From the NCBI GenBank assembly GCA_965228735.1, contig OZ245838.1, forward strand, positions 1,120,001 through 1,184,000: a stretch of DNA of 64,000 nt. The letters are read 5' to 3'. The notes beneath the pieces were generated by a model. That model was not told the DNA's origin and ran no database searches. It worked only from the letters and a program-made list of their open reading frames with translations. This stretch comes from Planctomycetota bacterium. Lineage in GTDB: Bacteria > Planctomycetota > UBA1135 > UBA2386. The position numbers and the translations under genes were made by a program. Positions 30,545 to 41,206 of the stretch are shown here, piece after piece (within the stretch, counting starts at the first letter, position 1; each line of letters begins with the position of its first letter).

Positions 30545-31267
30545 ATGACGAGCCCAGCGTTCCCCGTACCCGCGCCCATCCCCGGCAGCGCGGTGATTCC
30601 GACCTCCGCGCACGCCGACGTCCTCGGTCGACTGCACCATGAGAACCCGTATTCCGGGTTCGACGCCGGCAGCTTCGAGTGCGACCTGCAGGGCTGGAAC
30701 GGGACGAGCTCGTTCTTCGGCGAACTCATCGCGGCCGTGAACCCCGAACTCGTGATCGAGGTCGGCAGCTGGAAAGGACAGTCGGCCGTCAACATGGCGA
30801 CCGAGCTGAAGAAGCTCGGCCCGGGTCGCGCGCTCGTCTGCGTCGACACCTGGCTCGGCGCGCTCGAGTTCCGCACCAACCACGACGACCCCGAACGCTA
30901 CCGCGGCCTCGCGATCAGAAACGGCTACCCGCAGGTCTACTACCAGTTCCTCGCGAACATGGTGAAGACCGGGGTCGACGACGTCGTGATCCCGTTCCCG
31001 CAGACGTCCCTCATCGCGGCGCGCTGGTTCCTCATGCACGAGATCCAGGCCGACCTGATCTACATCGACGGCAGCCACGAGGAGAACGACGTCTACGCCG
31101 ACCTCGTCTACTACTGGCAGATCGCCAAGCCGGGCGCGGTCGTCTTCGGCGACGACATGGTCGCGTGGGAGGGCGTGCGCAAGGCCGTGACGCGCTTCGC
31201 GCAGGAACAGAACGTCGAGGTCGGCGTGCGCGACAACAACTTCTGGGTCCTGCAGAAGCCGGCCTGA
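30545..31267 (+). CDS. Class I SAM-dependent methyltransferase (Methyltransf_24-like)
   Basis: IEVGSWKGQS, CVDTWLG, DLIYIDGSH, FGDD. Confidence 0.85.
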   Translation: MTSPAFPVPAPIPGSAVIPTSAHADVLGRLHHENPYSGFDAGSFECDLQGWNGTSSFFGELIAAVNPELVIEVGSWKGQSAVNMATELKKLGPGRALVCVDTWLGALEFRTNHDDPERYRGLAIRNGYPQVYYQFLANMVKTGVDDVVIPFPQTSLIAARWFLMHEIQADLIYIDGSHEENDVYADLVYYWQIAKPGAVVFGDDMVAWEGVRKAVTRFAQEQNVEVGVRDNNFWVLQKPA

Positions 31268-31271
31268 GCGG

Positions 31272-31871
31272 TCAGTCGTCGCGGCGCGGCTTCGGCAGCA
31301 GACAGCCGACGACGTCGGTGCGCGGCACGGCGACCGGCTCGCCGGCGAGTACCGCAGTGATTGCGTTCCGCAGGTCGTGGCTCGACGCCTGCTGCGCGCG
31401 CGCGCCGAAGTCGGCCCAGAGATCGTCGATGCGGCCGCGGTAGAGCACCCGACCCCGCCGCACGACGATGGCCTCCGGCGTCCGCGTCGCGCCCAGGCGT
31501 TCGATCATGGCATGGCCGGGGTCGAGCAGGACGATGCCCGGCATCGCGTAGTCCTGGTGGAACGCGCGGGCCTTCGCCGGGGTGAGATCCGGGTCGGCGT
31601 GCAGGACGACGAAGCGGACGGCCTCGTCGGCCCAGCCCGCAGCGAGCTCGACGAGCGTCGGCGCATAGGCCTTTGCGATCGGGCACTCGTGATTCGTGAC
31701 GACGAACACCTCGACGGCGTCGCCGGGATCGCTCAGCAGGACCTTTCGACCGTCGAGATCGATGAGGCCGAGCACAGGCCCCTCGCCGACGACTTCTTCG
31801 GCACAACCCGCGCACAGGGTCAGCGCCAGCACGGTCAGCCAGGAGCCAAAGATCTTCGGAAGCAGGGTCAC
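31272..31871 (-). CDS. Redoxin/thioredoxin-fold lipoprotein
   Basis: Lipobox CAGC; ECPIAKAY, GATRTPEA, YRGRIDD, GC. Confidence 0.8.
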   Translation of the reverse strand: MTLLPKIFGSWLTVLALTLCAGCAEEVVGEGPVLGLIDLDGRKVLLSDPGDAVEVFVVTNHECPIAKAYAPTLVELAAGWADEAVRFVVLHADPDLTPAKARAFHQDYAMPGIVLLDPGHAMIERLGATRTPEAIVVRRGRVLYRGRIDDLWADFGARAQQASSHDLRNAITAVLAGEPVAVPRTDVVGCLLPKPRRDD

Positions 31872-31873
31872 GA

Positions 31874-32572
31874 GAGCTGACGAGCGTAGCGTCGGCCACG
31901 AACGAATGGGGCGCCTACGGGTCCCGCCATCGCCTCGCGGGCCCGCCGACCGTCGTCGTCGCGGCCCCGCCGTACGCGTTCGTCGAACATCCCGTGCCGA
32001 TCCTCGATGCGGTCTCGGGGGAACTCATCGGTCTGCACTACTCGGTCCGGCCGGGCGTCGGCGCGTTCGACCTGACGCACCACGACGCGCTCGATCTGGA
32101 TCCAGCCACCCCGGATCAGCTCGTACTCGATGCCGCGCTGCCCGTCTACGCGAGCGCCACGATCGGGGGCAGGTTCCTGCACATCGAACCCGCGCAGGGA
32201 CCGAACGGCGTCCTCGCGACCGACGCGTTCTGGTGCACGGGCGGCCGCGCCGACATCGGCGCGACGATGACGGTGTCGATGTTCGCCCCGTGGGGCAGCG
32301 GTCCGCACCTCTCCGTGCTGGCCGCCGCGAGCAGCTTCGCCGCGGTCGGGGCATCAGTGCCCGGCGCCCTCGGTCAGTTCGGGCTCGGCCCGACGCTTTG
32401 GGTCAGCACACCGCAGCTGCACGATCCGCAGAACGGTGAGGGCCGCGTGAGCATCACCGTGCCGAACGTGCCGGCGCTGCGTGGCGCGCGCATCCCGTGT
32501 CAGGCCGGAACGCTCGAAGTCCCGGCCGGGACGGTTCACCTCGGCAACACGGCGCTGCTCCGCGTGGAGTAG
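31874..32572 (+). pseudogene. Probable 5'-truncated remnant (C-terminal part) of a secreted protein
   Basis: Coding-like frame stays open upstream of GTG 31994 up to the divergent gene start; C-terminus VPNVPALRG...QA...NTALLRV. Confidence 0.5.
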
Positions 32573-32599
32573 CCGCACCGCGGCGGTGCGCCCGCGCGG

Positions 32600-34942
32600 C
32601 TACTTCTTCGCGGCCTTCTGGTCGTCGAACTCGATCTTGAGGACGTTCTTGAACTGCGGGATGTCGCGGATGTCGCCGCCGACGGCCTCGAGCAGCGTCC
32701 GGACCGCTTCCTGCAGCTGGGCGTCCTCCTGCGGGTCGCCGAGCGCGCGGTTGCCCGGGTAGACCGCGCCGCGCAGATCGCTCACCTGGTCGCGGACCTC
32801 GTAGCGCAGCCAGCGGCGCACGTCGTCCTTCGTGAGCTGCGTCTCGAGCCCCTCGTAGAACTCGTCGAAGCCCGGGTAGCGCGAGGTGTCGCCGTCGTCG
32901 CCCTCGGCGAGCTGCCGGAACAGCGCCTCGTTCTTCGGCAGCTCCTCCTTCACGTAGTTGCGAAACACGCCCTTCTTCAGTAACGCGAAGACGGCCGCGT
33001 TCTTCCACGCGTCCTCCGGCTTGCGCTCCAGCAACTCGATCTTCTTGTCGGGGATCACGCCCCAGTTGGGGTCGACGATCCGGCCTTCCTTGTCGAACGC
33101 GCGGTGCGGCGTGCGGCCGCTCGGCAGGTGGTAGAGCGCGACCGTGAGCTTGATGCGTGAGCCGGCGTCGTACTTGCCGTTCTTGTTGGCGTCCTCGTAG
33201 GGCTCGCCGTCCTGCCAGGCGCGGTCCCGATTCACGTCGGAGAACCGCTCCGGCGGGTCGGTCTCGAGCGGGATGATGTTCTGCACCGAGCCCTTCCCGA
33301 ACGTGCGCTCACCGATGATCGTCGCGCGCCCGTGATCCTGCAGCGCGCCGGCCGTGATCTCGCTCGCCGACGCCGAGAAGTTGTTCGTCAGCACCGCGAG
33401 CGGCATGTCGGTGACGAAGCGCCGCGGCCGCGTCAGGTATTCCTGGCGATCCTCCGACGGGCCCTCGGTGTAGACGACGAGCTTGTCGGCCGGCAGGAAC
33501 TTCTCGACGACGTCGACGGCCTTGGTCAGGTAGCCGCCGGTGTTGTTGCGGACGTCGAGCACGAGCCCCTTGGCGCCGCGTTCCATGAGGTCGTCGAGCG
33601 CGACCTGCAGCTCGCGGCTGATGTTCGCGCTGAACGTGATCAACTCGATGTAGCCGATGTCGCCCGGCAGCATCGCCCAGTTGACGGACGGCACCGAGAT
33701 CTGATCGCGCGTGATCGTGAAGTCGGCCGGCTCCTGGAAGCCGAGGCGGTAGACGTTGAGCTGCACGTCGGTGCCCGGCTTGCCCTTGAGCCGCTTGATG
33801 ATCTCGTCGGACTCGCGTCCGTTGGTCTCCCAACCGTCGACCTCGAGGATCTTGTCGCCGCTGCGCAGGCCGGCCTCGTAGGCCGGGCCCGAGTAGATCG
33901 GGCGCACGATCGAGAAGTCGCCGTCCTGGTCGAAGTTGACGAACGCTCCGATGCCGCCGTACTCGCGGTCGAGATCGAAGAAGAACCGCTTGTACTCGTC
34001 GCTCGTGAAGAACGTGCTGTGCGGGTCGAGATTCTGCAGCATCCCCTTGGCCGCGAACTCGAGCAGCTCTTCGTCGGTCAGTTCGCCGCCGCGCACGTGG
34101 TTGTAGCGGATGCGGCTCTTGATCTCGTCGAGCAGCCGGTAGCGCTCGTTGCCGCTGCCGTCACCGCTGCTGTGCAGCCGCTCGGCGATGCGCGCGAGGT
34201 CGCGTTCGAACTCGCGCCGCATCTGGGCGCGCTGGAGGTAGAGCCTGGCCTGGCGACCGTAGTCGGTCGGGTCGTCCTGGATCTCGCGCAGCACCGACCA
34301 CGCGCGGCCGCTCTCGACGTTGATCCCGGCGAGCGCGAGCGCGCCGCGGACCTGCAGGTCGCGGTCGCTGCTGCGCAGGAACTGCTCGAGCGTCGTCTTC
34401 GCGACGGCGCGTTGGCTGTTGCTGCCGACTTCCCAGAGCGCGAGCGCGGCCTCGATGCGCACGAGCGGCGGCACGAGCTCGTCCGTCGCGTTCTTGCTCA
34501 GCAGATCGCGCACGTCCGGCAGGATCCGGCTGTTGAACTTGTCGGGGTCGCCGAGCAGCGCGAGCGCCTTGCCGCGCACGCCAGCGTCCTCGGATTCGGC
34601 GAGCGGCTGCAGCAGCGCGAGCAGGTCCCGGCCGTAGGTGGCGTCCTCCTTGAGCCCGTTCAGCGCGACCGCGGCCACGAGCCGGCCCTTGTCGCTCTGC
34701 CCCTCGATCGCCGCCATGAGCGCGTTCTTGAACGCATCGTCGCTCTCCGGAGCCTCGTCGAGCAAGCGGTTGCCGACCTCGAAGAGCTGGTCGACGGGAG
34801 CAGCTTCGGCGGTCGCGAGCGCCGTTCGGATCGAGCGTTCGAGGTCCTGCGCGAACGCCGGGGCGCCGAGCGCCAGGCTGGCCAGGAGAGCGAGAAGGGC
34901 CGGAACACCGAGGACCGGCCGAAGGATCAGAGCTGCAGACAT
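32600..34942 (-). CDS. S41 carboxyl-terminal processing protease with N-terminal HEAT-like repeats and PDZ domain
   Basis: LDPHS, YGGIG, LVLDVRNNTGG, SASASEI, TFGKGSVQ; signal peptide. Confidence 0.92.
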   Translation of the reverse strand: MSAALILRPVLGVPALLALLASLALGAPAFAQDLERSIRTALATAEAAPVDQLFEVGNRLLDEAPESDDAFKNALMAAIEGQSDKGRLVAAVALNGLKEDATYGRDLLALLQPLAESEDAGVRGKALALLGDPDKFNSRILPDVRDLLSKNATDELVPPLVRIEAALALWEVGSNSQRAVAKTTLEQFLRSSDRDLQVRGALALAGINVESGRAWSVLREIQDDPTDYGRQARLYLQRAQMRREFERDLARIAERLHSSGDGSGNERYRLLDEIKSRIRYNHVRGGELTDEELLEFAAKGMLQNLDPHSTFFTSDEYKRFFFDLDREYGGIGAFVNFDQDGDFSIVRPIYSGPAYEAGLRSGDKILEVDGWETNGRESDEIIKRLKGKPGTDVQLNVYRLGFQEPADFTITRDQISVPSVNWAMLPGDIGYIELITFSANISRELQVALDDLMERGAKGLVLDVRNNTGGYLTKAVDVVEKFLPADKLVVYTEGPSEDRQEYLTRPRRFVTDMPLAVLTNNFSASASEITAGALQDHGRATIIGERTFGKGSVQNIIPLETDPPERFSDVNRDRAWQDGEPYEDANKNGKYDAGSRIKLTVALYHLPSGRTPHRAFDKEGRIVDPNWGVIPDKKIELLERKPEDAWKNAAVFALLKKGVFRNYVKEELPKNEALFRQLAEGDDGDTSRYPGFDEFYEGLETQLTKDDVRRWLRYEVRDQVSDLRGAVYPGNRALGDPQEDAQLQEAVRTLLEAVGGDIRDIPQFKNVLKIEFDDQKAAKK

Positions 34943-35114
34943 CGAGTCTCCGTGAGATCAGGGGGCACGAGCGCCCCGCAGGACGTCCCATCGGGCCCTG
35001 GGGCGGGCCGACGGGACCATGACATCACCTATACGTTGCCACCGGGAAGTTGCCGAACACGTTTTGTCCACGGGACATGGTCCGGCCGGCCACACCGGGG
35101 CTACGCTCGGGTCG

Positions 35115-35660
35115 ATGAGCGATCCGAGCCGCGGAGCGAATGATGCCGGGCTGACCCACCTGGACCGGCGCGGGCGGGCCCAGATGGTCGACGTTTCCGA
35201 GAAAGCGGCCACCCGCCGGGTGGCGCGCGCCCGCGCGGACTTCCGCCTGAATCCGGCGGTCCGGGAACTCCTCCTGACCGGGCAACTCGAGAAGGGCGAG
35301 GCGCTGGCCGTCGCCCGGGTGGCCGGCATCCAGGCCGCCAAGCTCACCGATCGGCTGATTCCGTTGTGTCATTCGCTGGCCCTGAGCAAGGTCCGGGTCG
35401 AGTTCGAACCCGTGGACGAAGACGGCATCCGCGTGACGACCGAAGCGATCACGACGGGCCCGACCGGGGTCGAGATGGAAGCGCTCACCGCGGCGTCGGT
35501 CGCCGCGTTGACGCTGTACGACATGGTGAAGGCCCGTTGCCGTGGAGCTCGGATAGAACGCGTCGAACTCGTGCACAAGTCCGGCGGCAAGAGCGGCAGC
35601 TGGGACGCCGAGGGGACCGCGGACCCGGCTGCGCCCAAGACCGACGGCGGCAACCCATGA
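35115..35660 (+). CDS. moaC: Cyclic pyranopterin monophosphate synthase
   Basis: LTHLD..G.AQMVDVSEK, LIPLCH, TGVEMEALT, KSGGKSG. Confidence 0.95.
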   Translation: MSDPSRGANDAGLTHLDRRGRAQMVDVSEKAATRRVARARADFRLNPAVRELLLTGQLEKGEALAVARVAGIQAAKLTDRLIPLCHSLALSKVRVEFEPVDEDGIRVTTEAITTGPTGVEMEALTAASVAALTLYDMVKARCRGARIERVELVHKSGGKSGSWDAEGTADPAAPKTDGGNP

Positions 35661-36652
35661 GCGCGCACGTCGCGATCGTCGGGGCGACCGGGGCCGTCGG
35701 GCGCGATCTCCTCGCGGTGCTGGCCGCGCGCGAGTTCCCGGTGGGTCGCCTGCGGCTGCTCGCGAGCCCGCGCTCGGCCGGGCAGCAGCTCGAGTTCGGC
35801 GGTGAAACGATCCGGGTCGAGCCGCTCGGGCCCGACTCGTTCCGCGGCGTCGATCTCGCCCTGTTCTCGGCCGGGGGCATCGTGTCGCGGGAGTTCGCGC
35901 CGCGCGCGGTCGAGGCCGGCGCGATCGTCGTCGACAACAGCTCGGCCTTCCGCCTCGACCCCGAGGTGCCGCTCGTCGTGCCGGAGGTCAACCCGGACGC
36001 CGCAGCGAACCATCAGGGCATCCTCAGCAACCCCAACTGCTCGACCATCCTGCTCACGCTGCCGCTGGCGCCATTGCATCGAACGGCCGGGCTGCGCGCC
36101 ATCGTCGTCGCGACCTACCAGGCGGCTTCCGGCGCCGGCCAACGCGCGATCGACGAGCTCCGCCAGGGCGCCGACGCGATCCTGCGCGGACGCGAACCAG
36201 AGGGCGATGTGTTCCCGCACCCGCTCGCGTTCAACCTGCTGCCCCACGTCGACGTCTTCCAACCCGACGGCTACACGCGCGAGGAGGACAAGATGCTGCA
36301 CGAGACGCGCAAGATCTTCGCGCTGCCAGAACTGGAGGTCGAGGCCACGTGCGTGCGCGTGCCCGTCGAGCGTTGCCACAGCGAGGCCGTGACGGTGCAC
36401 CTCGAGAACGAGCTGAGCGTCGCCGAGGCCCGGGAGCTGTTCGCGACCGCCCCTGGACTCGAGCTGGTCGACGATCCGGCCGAGCAGCGGTACCCGATGC
36501 CGCGCGCGATGGCGGGCCGCGACCCGGTCGCCGTCGGTCGCGTGCGCCAGAGCCGGGTCTTCACGCCGGGACTGTCGTTCTGGCTCTGCGGCGACCAGCT
36601 GCGCAAGGGCGCGGCGCTCAACGCCGTGCAGATCGCCGAGCTGGTCCGTTGA
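35657..36652 (+). CDS. asd: Aspartate-semialdehyde dehydrogenase
   Basis: [42 protein letters not shown]. Confidence 0.96.
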   Translation: MSAHVAIVGATGAVGRDLLAVLAAREFPVGRLRLLASPRSAGQQLEFGGETIRVEPLGPDSFRGVDLALFSAGGIVSREFAPRAVEAGAIVVDNSSAFRLDPEVPLVVPEVNPDAAANHQGILSNPNCSTILLTLPLAPLHRTAGLRAIVVATYQAASGAGQRAIDELRQGADAILRGREPEGDVFPHPLAFNLLPHVDVFQPDGYTREEDKMLHETRKIFALPELEVEATCVRVPVERCHSEAVTVHLENELSVAEARELFATAPGLELVDDPAEQRYPMPRAMAGRDPVAVGRVRQSRVFTPGLSFWLCGDQLRKGAALNAVQIAELVR

Positions 36653-36737
36653 GTCTCCCGGAAAGCCTGGACTCTGCGCACCGAAGTCCCTTCACTTGCG
36701 CGCCAACGTTTTCGCCTCGTCCGTACTACGAGACCGC

Positions 36738-37388
36738 ATGCCCAAGAAGCGCGTGACCAAGAAGTCCACGAGCGCGGCCAAGAAGCGCGCCGCCAAGAAG
36801 ACCCCGACCAAGCAGGCGCCCGCCAAGAAGCGGCCAGCCGGTAAGGCCGCCAAGAAGGCCACGAAGAAGGCTCCCAAGAGGGCCGCCGCACGTAAGCGCG
36901 TGGCAGCGGGGGCCGACAGCGCCGGCTCCGCCCAGCTGGAGAACCTGCAGCGTTTGATCGAGCTCATGGTCGAGAAGGAGGTCGTCGAGGTCGAGATCGA
37001 GGAGGAGGGCGCGCGCTGGCGCGTGCGTCGCGCCGAGGCCCCGGCCGTCCACTACGCCGCGGCCGCGCCGATGCCGATGCCCGCCGCGCATGCGCCGGCC
37101 ACCGGTCCGGCACCGGCTGCCGCCGGTGCCGAGGCGGCCCCGGCCGAACCGCAGGGCGAGGTCTTCAAGTCGCCCATGGTCGGCACCTTCTACCGCGCGC
37201 CATCGCCGGACGCCGAGCCGTTCAGCAAGCCGGGCGACAAGGTCTCCGCCGACTCGACGCTCTGCATCATCGAGGCGATGAAGGTCATGAACGAGATCAA
37301 GGCCGAGCGCGAGTTCGAGATCCTCGACATCCTCGTCAAGGACGGCGAGTCGGTCGAGTTCGGCCAGCCCCTGTTCACGATCCGGTAG
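36738..37388 (+). CDS. accB: Biotin carboxyl carrier protein with Lys/Ala-rich N-terminal extension
   Basis: [30 protein letters not shown]. Confidence 0.93.
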   Translation: MPKKRVTKKSTSAAKKRAAKKTPTKQAPAKKRPAGKAAKKATKKAPKRAAARKRVAAGADSAGSAQLENLQRLIELMVEKEVVEVEIEEEGARWRVRRAEAPAVHYAAAAPMPMPAAHAPATGPAPAAAGAEAAPAEPQGEVFKSPMVGTFYRAPSPDAEPFSKPGDKVSADSTLCIIEAMKVMNEIKAEREFEILDILVKDGESVEFGQPLFTIR

Positions 37389-37392
37389 TCGA

Positions 37393-38742
37393 ATGTTCCA
37401 TCGCATCCTGATCGCGAACCGCGGCGAGATCGCGCTGCGCATCCAGCGCGCCTGCAAGGATCTCGGCATCGAGACCGTGGCGGTCTACAGCGAGGCGGAC
37501 AAGGACTCGCTGCACCTGCGCTACGCCGACGAGACGATCTGCATCGGGCGGGCGCCGAGTCCCGAGAGCTACCTCAACATCCCGTCGATCATCGCCGCGG
37601 CGGAGATCGCGGACGCCGACGCGATCCACCCGGGCTACGGCTTCCTCTCGGAGAACGAGCACTTCGCCGAGGTCTGCCACAGCTGCAACATCAAGTTCAT
37701 CGGGCCGGCGGCGTCGGCCATCAAGGAGTGCGGTGACAAGGTCGCCGCCAAGAAGCTCGCGGTCGCCGCCGACGTGCCGACCGTGCCGGGATCGGACGGC
37801 CCGATCTCGAGCGAGCAGGAGGCCCTCGAGATCGCGCGCGAGATCGGCTTCCCCGTGCTCATCAAGGCGGCGGCCGGCGGCGGCGGGCGCGGCATGCGCA
37901 TCGCGCACAACGAGCCGAGCCTCGCGACCGGCTACCACTCGGCGCGCTCCGAGGCCGAGAGCGCGTTCAAGGACTCGACCGTCTACCTCGAGAAGTTCAT
38001 CGAGAAGCCGCGCCACGTCGAGATCCAGATCATGGCCGACACGCACGGCAACGTGGTGCACCTCGGCGAGCGCGACTGCTCGCTGCAGCGGCGCCACCAG
38101 AAGCTGCTCGAGGAGAGCCCGTGCCCGGTGCTCGACCCCGCGACGCGCGCGGCGATGGGCGAGGCCGCGGTCCGGCTCGCCAAGGCCGCGAACTACCACT
38201 CCGCGGGCACGGTCGAGTTCCTGCTCGACCAGGACAAGAACTTCTACTTCATCGAGATCAACTCGCGCATCCAGGTCGAGCACCCGGTGACGGAGATGGT
38301 CACCAACACCGATCTCATCCGCGAGATGATCCTCGTCGCCGCCGGCCACCGGCTGTCGATGACGCAGGACGACATCGAGCTGCGCGGCCACGCGATCGAG
38401 TTCCGCATCAACGCCGAGGATCCGGACCACAACTTCCAGCCATCGCCGGGTCGGATCGAGACGTTCGTCGCGCCGGCCGGACCGGGCGTCCGCTGGGACA
38501 GCCACATCTATCAGGGCTACTCGGTGCCGCCGCACTACGACTCGATGGTCGGCAAGCTCATCGTGCATCGCCCGACGCGCAAGCAGGCGATCGAGGTCGC
38601 CCAGCGCGCGCTGCAAGAGCTCACGACGGACGGCATCAAGACGACGACGAACCTCTTCAAGCAGATCCTGCGGCACTCGGACTTCACGTCCGGCCAGGTC
38701 GACACGGGCTTCATCGACCGCTACTTCACGCCGCGCGGATGA
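37393..38742 (+). CDS. accC: Biotin carboxylase
   Basis: [36 protein letters not shown]. Confidence 0.97.
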   Translation: MFHRILIANRGEIALRIQRACKDLGIETVAVYSEADKDSLHLRYADETICIGRAPSPESYLNIPSIIAAAEIADADAIHPGYGFLSENEHFAEVCHSCNIKFIGPAASAIKECGDKVAAKKLAVAADVPTVPGSDGPISSEQEALEIAREIGFPVLIKAAAGGGGRGMRIAHNEPSLATGYHSARSEAESAFKDSTVYLEKFIEKPRHVEIQIMADTHGNVVHLGERDCSLQRRHQKLLEESPCPVLDPATRAAMGEAAVRLAKAANYHSAGTVEFLLDQDKNFYFIEINSRIQVEHPVTEMVTNTDLIREMILVAAGHRLSMTQDDIELRGHAIEFRINAEDPDHNFQPSPGRIETFVAPAGPGVRWDSHIYQGYSVPPHYDSMVGKLIVHRPTRKQAIEVAQRALQELTTDGIKTTTNLFKQILRHSDFTSGQVDTGFIDRYFTPRG

Positions 38743-39806
38743 CCTCGGACGACCGGCCGATGCGCGTGGGGGTGCTGACCGGCGGCGGCGATGCCCCGGG
38801 TCTCAACGCCGCGATCTGCGGCCTCGGTCGCCGATTGCTCGCGGCGAACGCCGAGCTCATCGGCTTCAAGGACGGCTGGCACGGCCTCATCGAGGACGAC
38901 ACGCTGGCGCTCGATGACGTCAACTTCCAGCACCTGCTCGTGAAGGGCGGCACCCTGCTCGGGAGCAGCAGCGCCAACCCGTACTTCGACCCGGACCGGG
39001 ACGTCCCGAAGGTCCTCGCCAACCTGCAGCGGCACCGCCTCGACGCCGTGGTCGCGATCGGGGGTGACGGCACGCTCGGGGCCGCCGACCGGCTGCACCG
39101 CGAGCACCAGGTCCCCGTCGTCGCCGTGCCGAAGACGATCGACAACGATCTCGAGGCGACGGACTTCACGTTCGGCTTCTTCTCGGCGGTCGAGGTCGCG
39201 ACCCGCGCGATGGACGACCTGCGCAGCACGGCCGATGCCCACGGCCGCGTCATGGTCGTCGAGTGCATGGGCCGCCACGCCGGCTGGATCACCGGCTACG
39301 CCGGCGTCGCCGCGGGAGCCGAAGCGATCCTCGTGCCCGAGCGGCCGGCCGACATCGACGAGCTCTGCGACAACCTCGCGTCGCTGCGCGCGGCCGGCGC
39401 GCGGTCGGCGATCGTCGCCGTGGCCGAGGGCGTCCGCATCTTCGAGGGCGGGGCGTGTCTGTCGTCGAGCGAGAAAGACCGCTTCGGCGAGTTCCGGATC
39501 GGCGGGGCGGCGCAGACCATCGCGGCGTGCGTGCAGCGGCGCCTCGGCTGGGAGGCGCGGCACCTCGTGCTCGGCCATCTGCAACGGGCCGGGCAGCCGC
39601 TCGCGTTCGACCGCCTGTTCGCGCTCCGGCTCGGCGCCCGCGCCGCGCGCCTCGTGCTCGAGGGCAGGTTCGGACTCATGGCCGCGATGCAGAACGGCGA
39701 GATCGTAGAGGTCCCGCTGGCGAGCGCCGTCTCGGCGCGTAAGACGCTGCCCGCGCGCTTCCTCGACCGCTACGGCTCGTTCTTCCTGCCGATCGACGGC
39801 CCGTGA
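38739..39806 (+). CDS. pfkA: 6-phosphofructokinase (PfkA family)
   Basis: [39 protein letters not shown]. Confidence 0.92.
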   Translation: MTSDDRPMRVGVLTGGGDAPGLNAAICGLGRRLLAANAELIGFKDGWHGLIEDDTLALDDVNFQHLLVKGGTLLGSSSANPYFDPDRDVPKVLANLQRHRLDAVVAIGGDGTLGAADRLHREHQVPVVAVPKTIDNDLEATDFTFGFFSAVEVATRAMDDLRSTADAHGRVMVVECMGRHAGWITGYAGVAAGAEAILVPERPADIDELCDNLASLRAAGARSAIVAVAEGVRIFEGGACLSSSEKDRFGEFRIGGAAQTIAACVQRRLGWEARHLVLGHLQRAGQPLAFDRLFALRLGARAARLVLEGRFGLMAAMQNGEIVEVPLASAVSARKTLPARFLDRYGSFFLPIDGP

Positions 39807-39880
39807 TGCCGATGCAGGCCTGACTGGCCGAGCGGGTCCTGACGCCCGGCGGCCCGCCGCTTACACTCCACGGATCGAGC

Positions 39881-41206
39881 ATGAACCGAGTCGAACTCAG
39901 CGTGAGCCGCGTCCTCCCGACTCTCGGGGTGCTCCTCGCACTCGGCGCCCCAGCCGTGAGCCAGGTCGGGGGCACCCAGAATCCCGCCGGCAGTCAGGCC
40001 CCGGGTGCTCAGCAGGGACCGGGTGGCCAGGGGCCGGGTGGCCAAGGATCGGGCACCGGCGTGCCCGTGCGCGTCCCGGGACCGGGCGCGGTCGACCCCA
40101 ACGAACGCCCGATGAGCACGGGCGACGCGGAGCTCGACAACCTGATTCCGGTGTGGCAGCAGGCGCCGACCCGGCAGGCGTTCCGCGGCTTTCCGATCTT
40201 CCCGAACGAGTTCCCGGGCTACGGCGGCTATCCGCGTTCGTTGTCGGAGATCGCCACGTCGGGTGAGATTCCGGCGCTCAGGAACCTGCCGGTGCCCACA
40301 GCGCCGCCGCAGACGGGTTGGCCGGTGTGGCTGGAGAACCTCAGCAGTGAACCGCTGCCGTACCAGCCCGACCGCGCGCTGCTGCTGCGCACCGTCGGCC
40401 GCGTGTGGCTGCAGACGCCGGCCGATCCGGTCTTCACGCCGCTCTACTTCCACGACAAGTTGCGCAACGTCGCGCCGCAGACGGCGGTCGAGGTGCGACA
40501 GGTCGGCGAGTTCGAGTTGCTGCTCTACGGCGGCAGCCGTTTCGTCTCGCACGGGCCGGCCCGGCTGCACGTGCGCGAGCTCACCGACGAGCACGTCGTG
40601 ATCGACCTGCGGGAACTGACCAACGTTCGCTTCGAGGGCTACGGCCGCGAACATCGCGTGCAACTGCCGGACGGCTCGACGCTCGTCGTCTCGCCAGGTG
40701 AGCGTCCGATCCCGTCCGACGCGCCAGTCCCGCCGCCGCCGACGCTCGGTGGGTTCGGCGGCCTCGGCGCGTTGCTCGGTGCGGCCGGCGCCGGGCTCAG
40801 CGGTGCACCCACGGGGCCGCAGCCGGCCCTGCTCGTGCTGGAGCGCGCCGACGAGCCGGGTCGTCACAGCGGCCGTGCGACGATCTGGAACGGCGGCGCG
40901 GAGCCGGTCGAGTGGCGGCACGCGTTCGGCACGACACAGATCGGCAGCGGCGAGCGGGTCACGTTCTTCCTTGCACCGCCCGCGACCGGGCTGCCGGGGG
41001 GGCTGTCCGCGGCGGGGGTCGACGTCGCGCGCGACGGCACGGCCCGGCGCTGTCAGTCGCCGGCCGGCGGCGCGGTGACCTGGTCGGGCGCGAGGTTCGA
41101 CCTCGCCGGCGGCGCCGTTCTGCGGCTCGACCCGCTCCAGGGGGACCCGTTCGCCGCGAAGAGGACCGACCCGCCGGCAGCTTCGGGGCCGGAGGGCACG
41201 CGCTGA
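39881..41206 (+). CDS. Exported hypothetical protein with Gly/Gln/Pro-rich N-terminus
   Basis: Signal-like hydrophobic segment; codon usage; fills the gap between genes. Confidence 0.7.
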   Translation: MNRVELSVSRVLPTLGVLLALGAPAVSQVGGTQNPAGSQAPGAQQGPGGQGPGGQGSGTGVPVRVPGPGAVDPNERPMSTGDAELDNLIPVWQQAPTRQAFRGFPIFPNEFPGYGGYPRSLSEIATSGEIPALRNLPVPTAPPQTGWPVWLENLSSEPLPYQPDRALLLRTVGRVWLQTPADPVFTPLYFHDKLRNVAPQTAVEVRQVGEFELLLYGGSRFVSHGPARLHVRELTDEHVVIDLRELTNVRFEGYGREHRVQLPDGSTLVVSPGERPIPSDAPVPPPPTLGGFGGLGALLGAAGAGLSGAPTGPQPALLVLERADEPGRHSGRATIWNGGAEPVEWRHAFGTTQIGSGERVTFFLAPPATGLPGGLSAAGVDVARDGTARRCQSPAGGAVTWSGARFDLAGGAVLRLDPLQGDPFAAKRTDPPAASGPEGTR

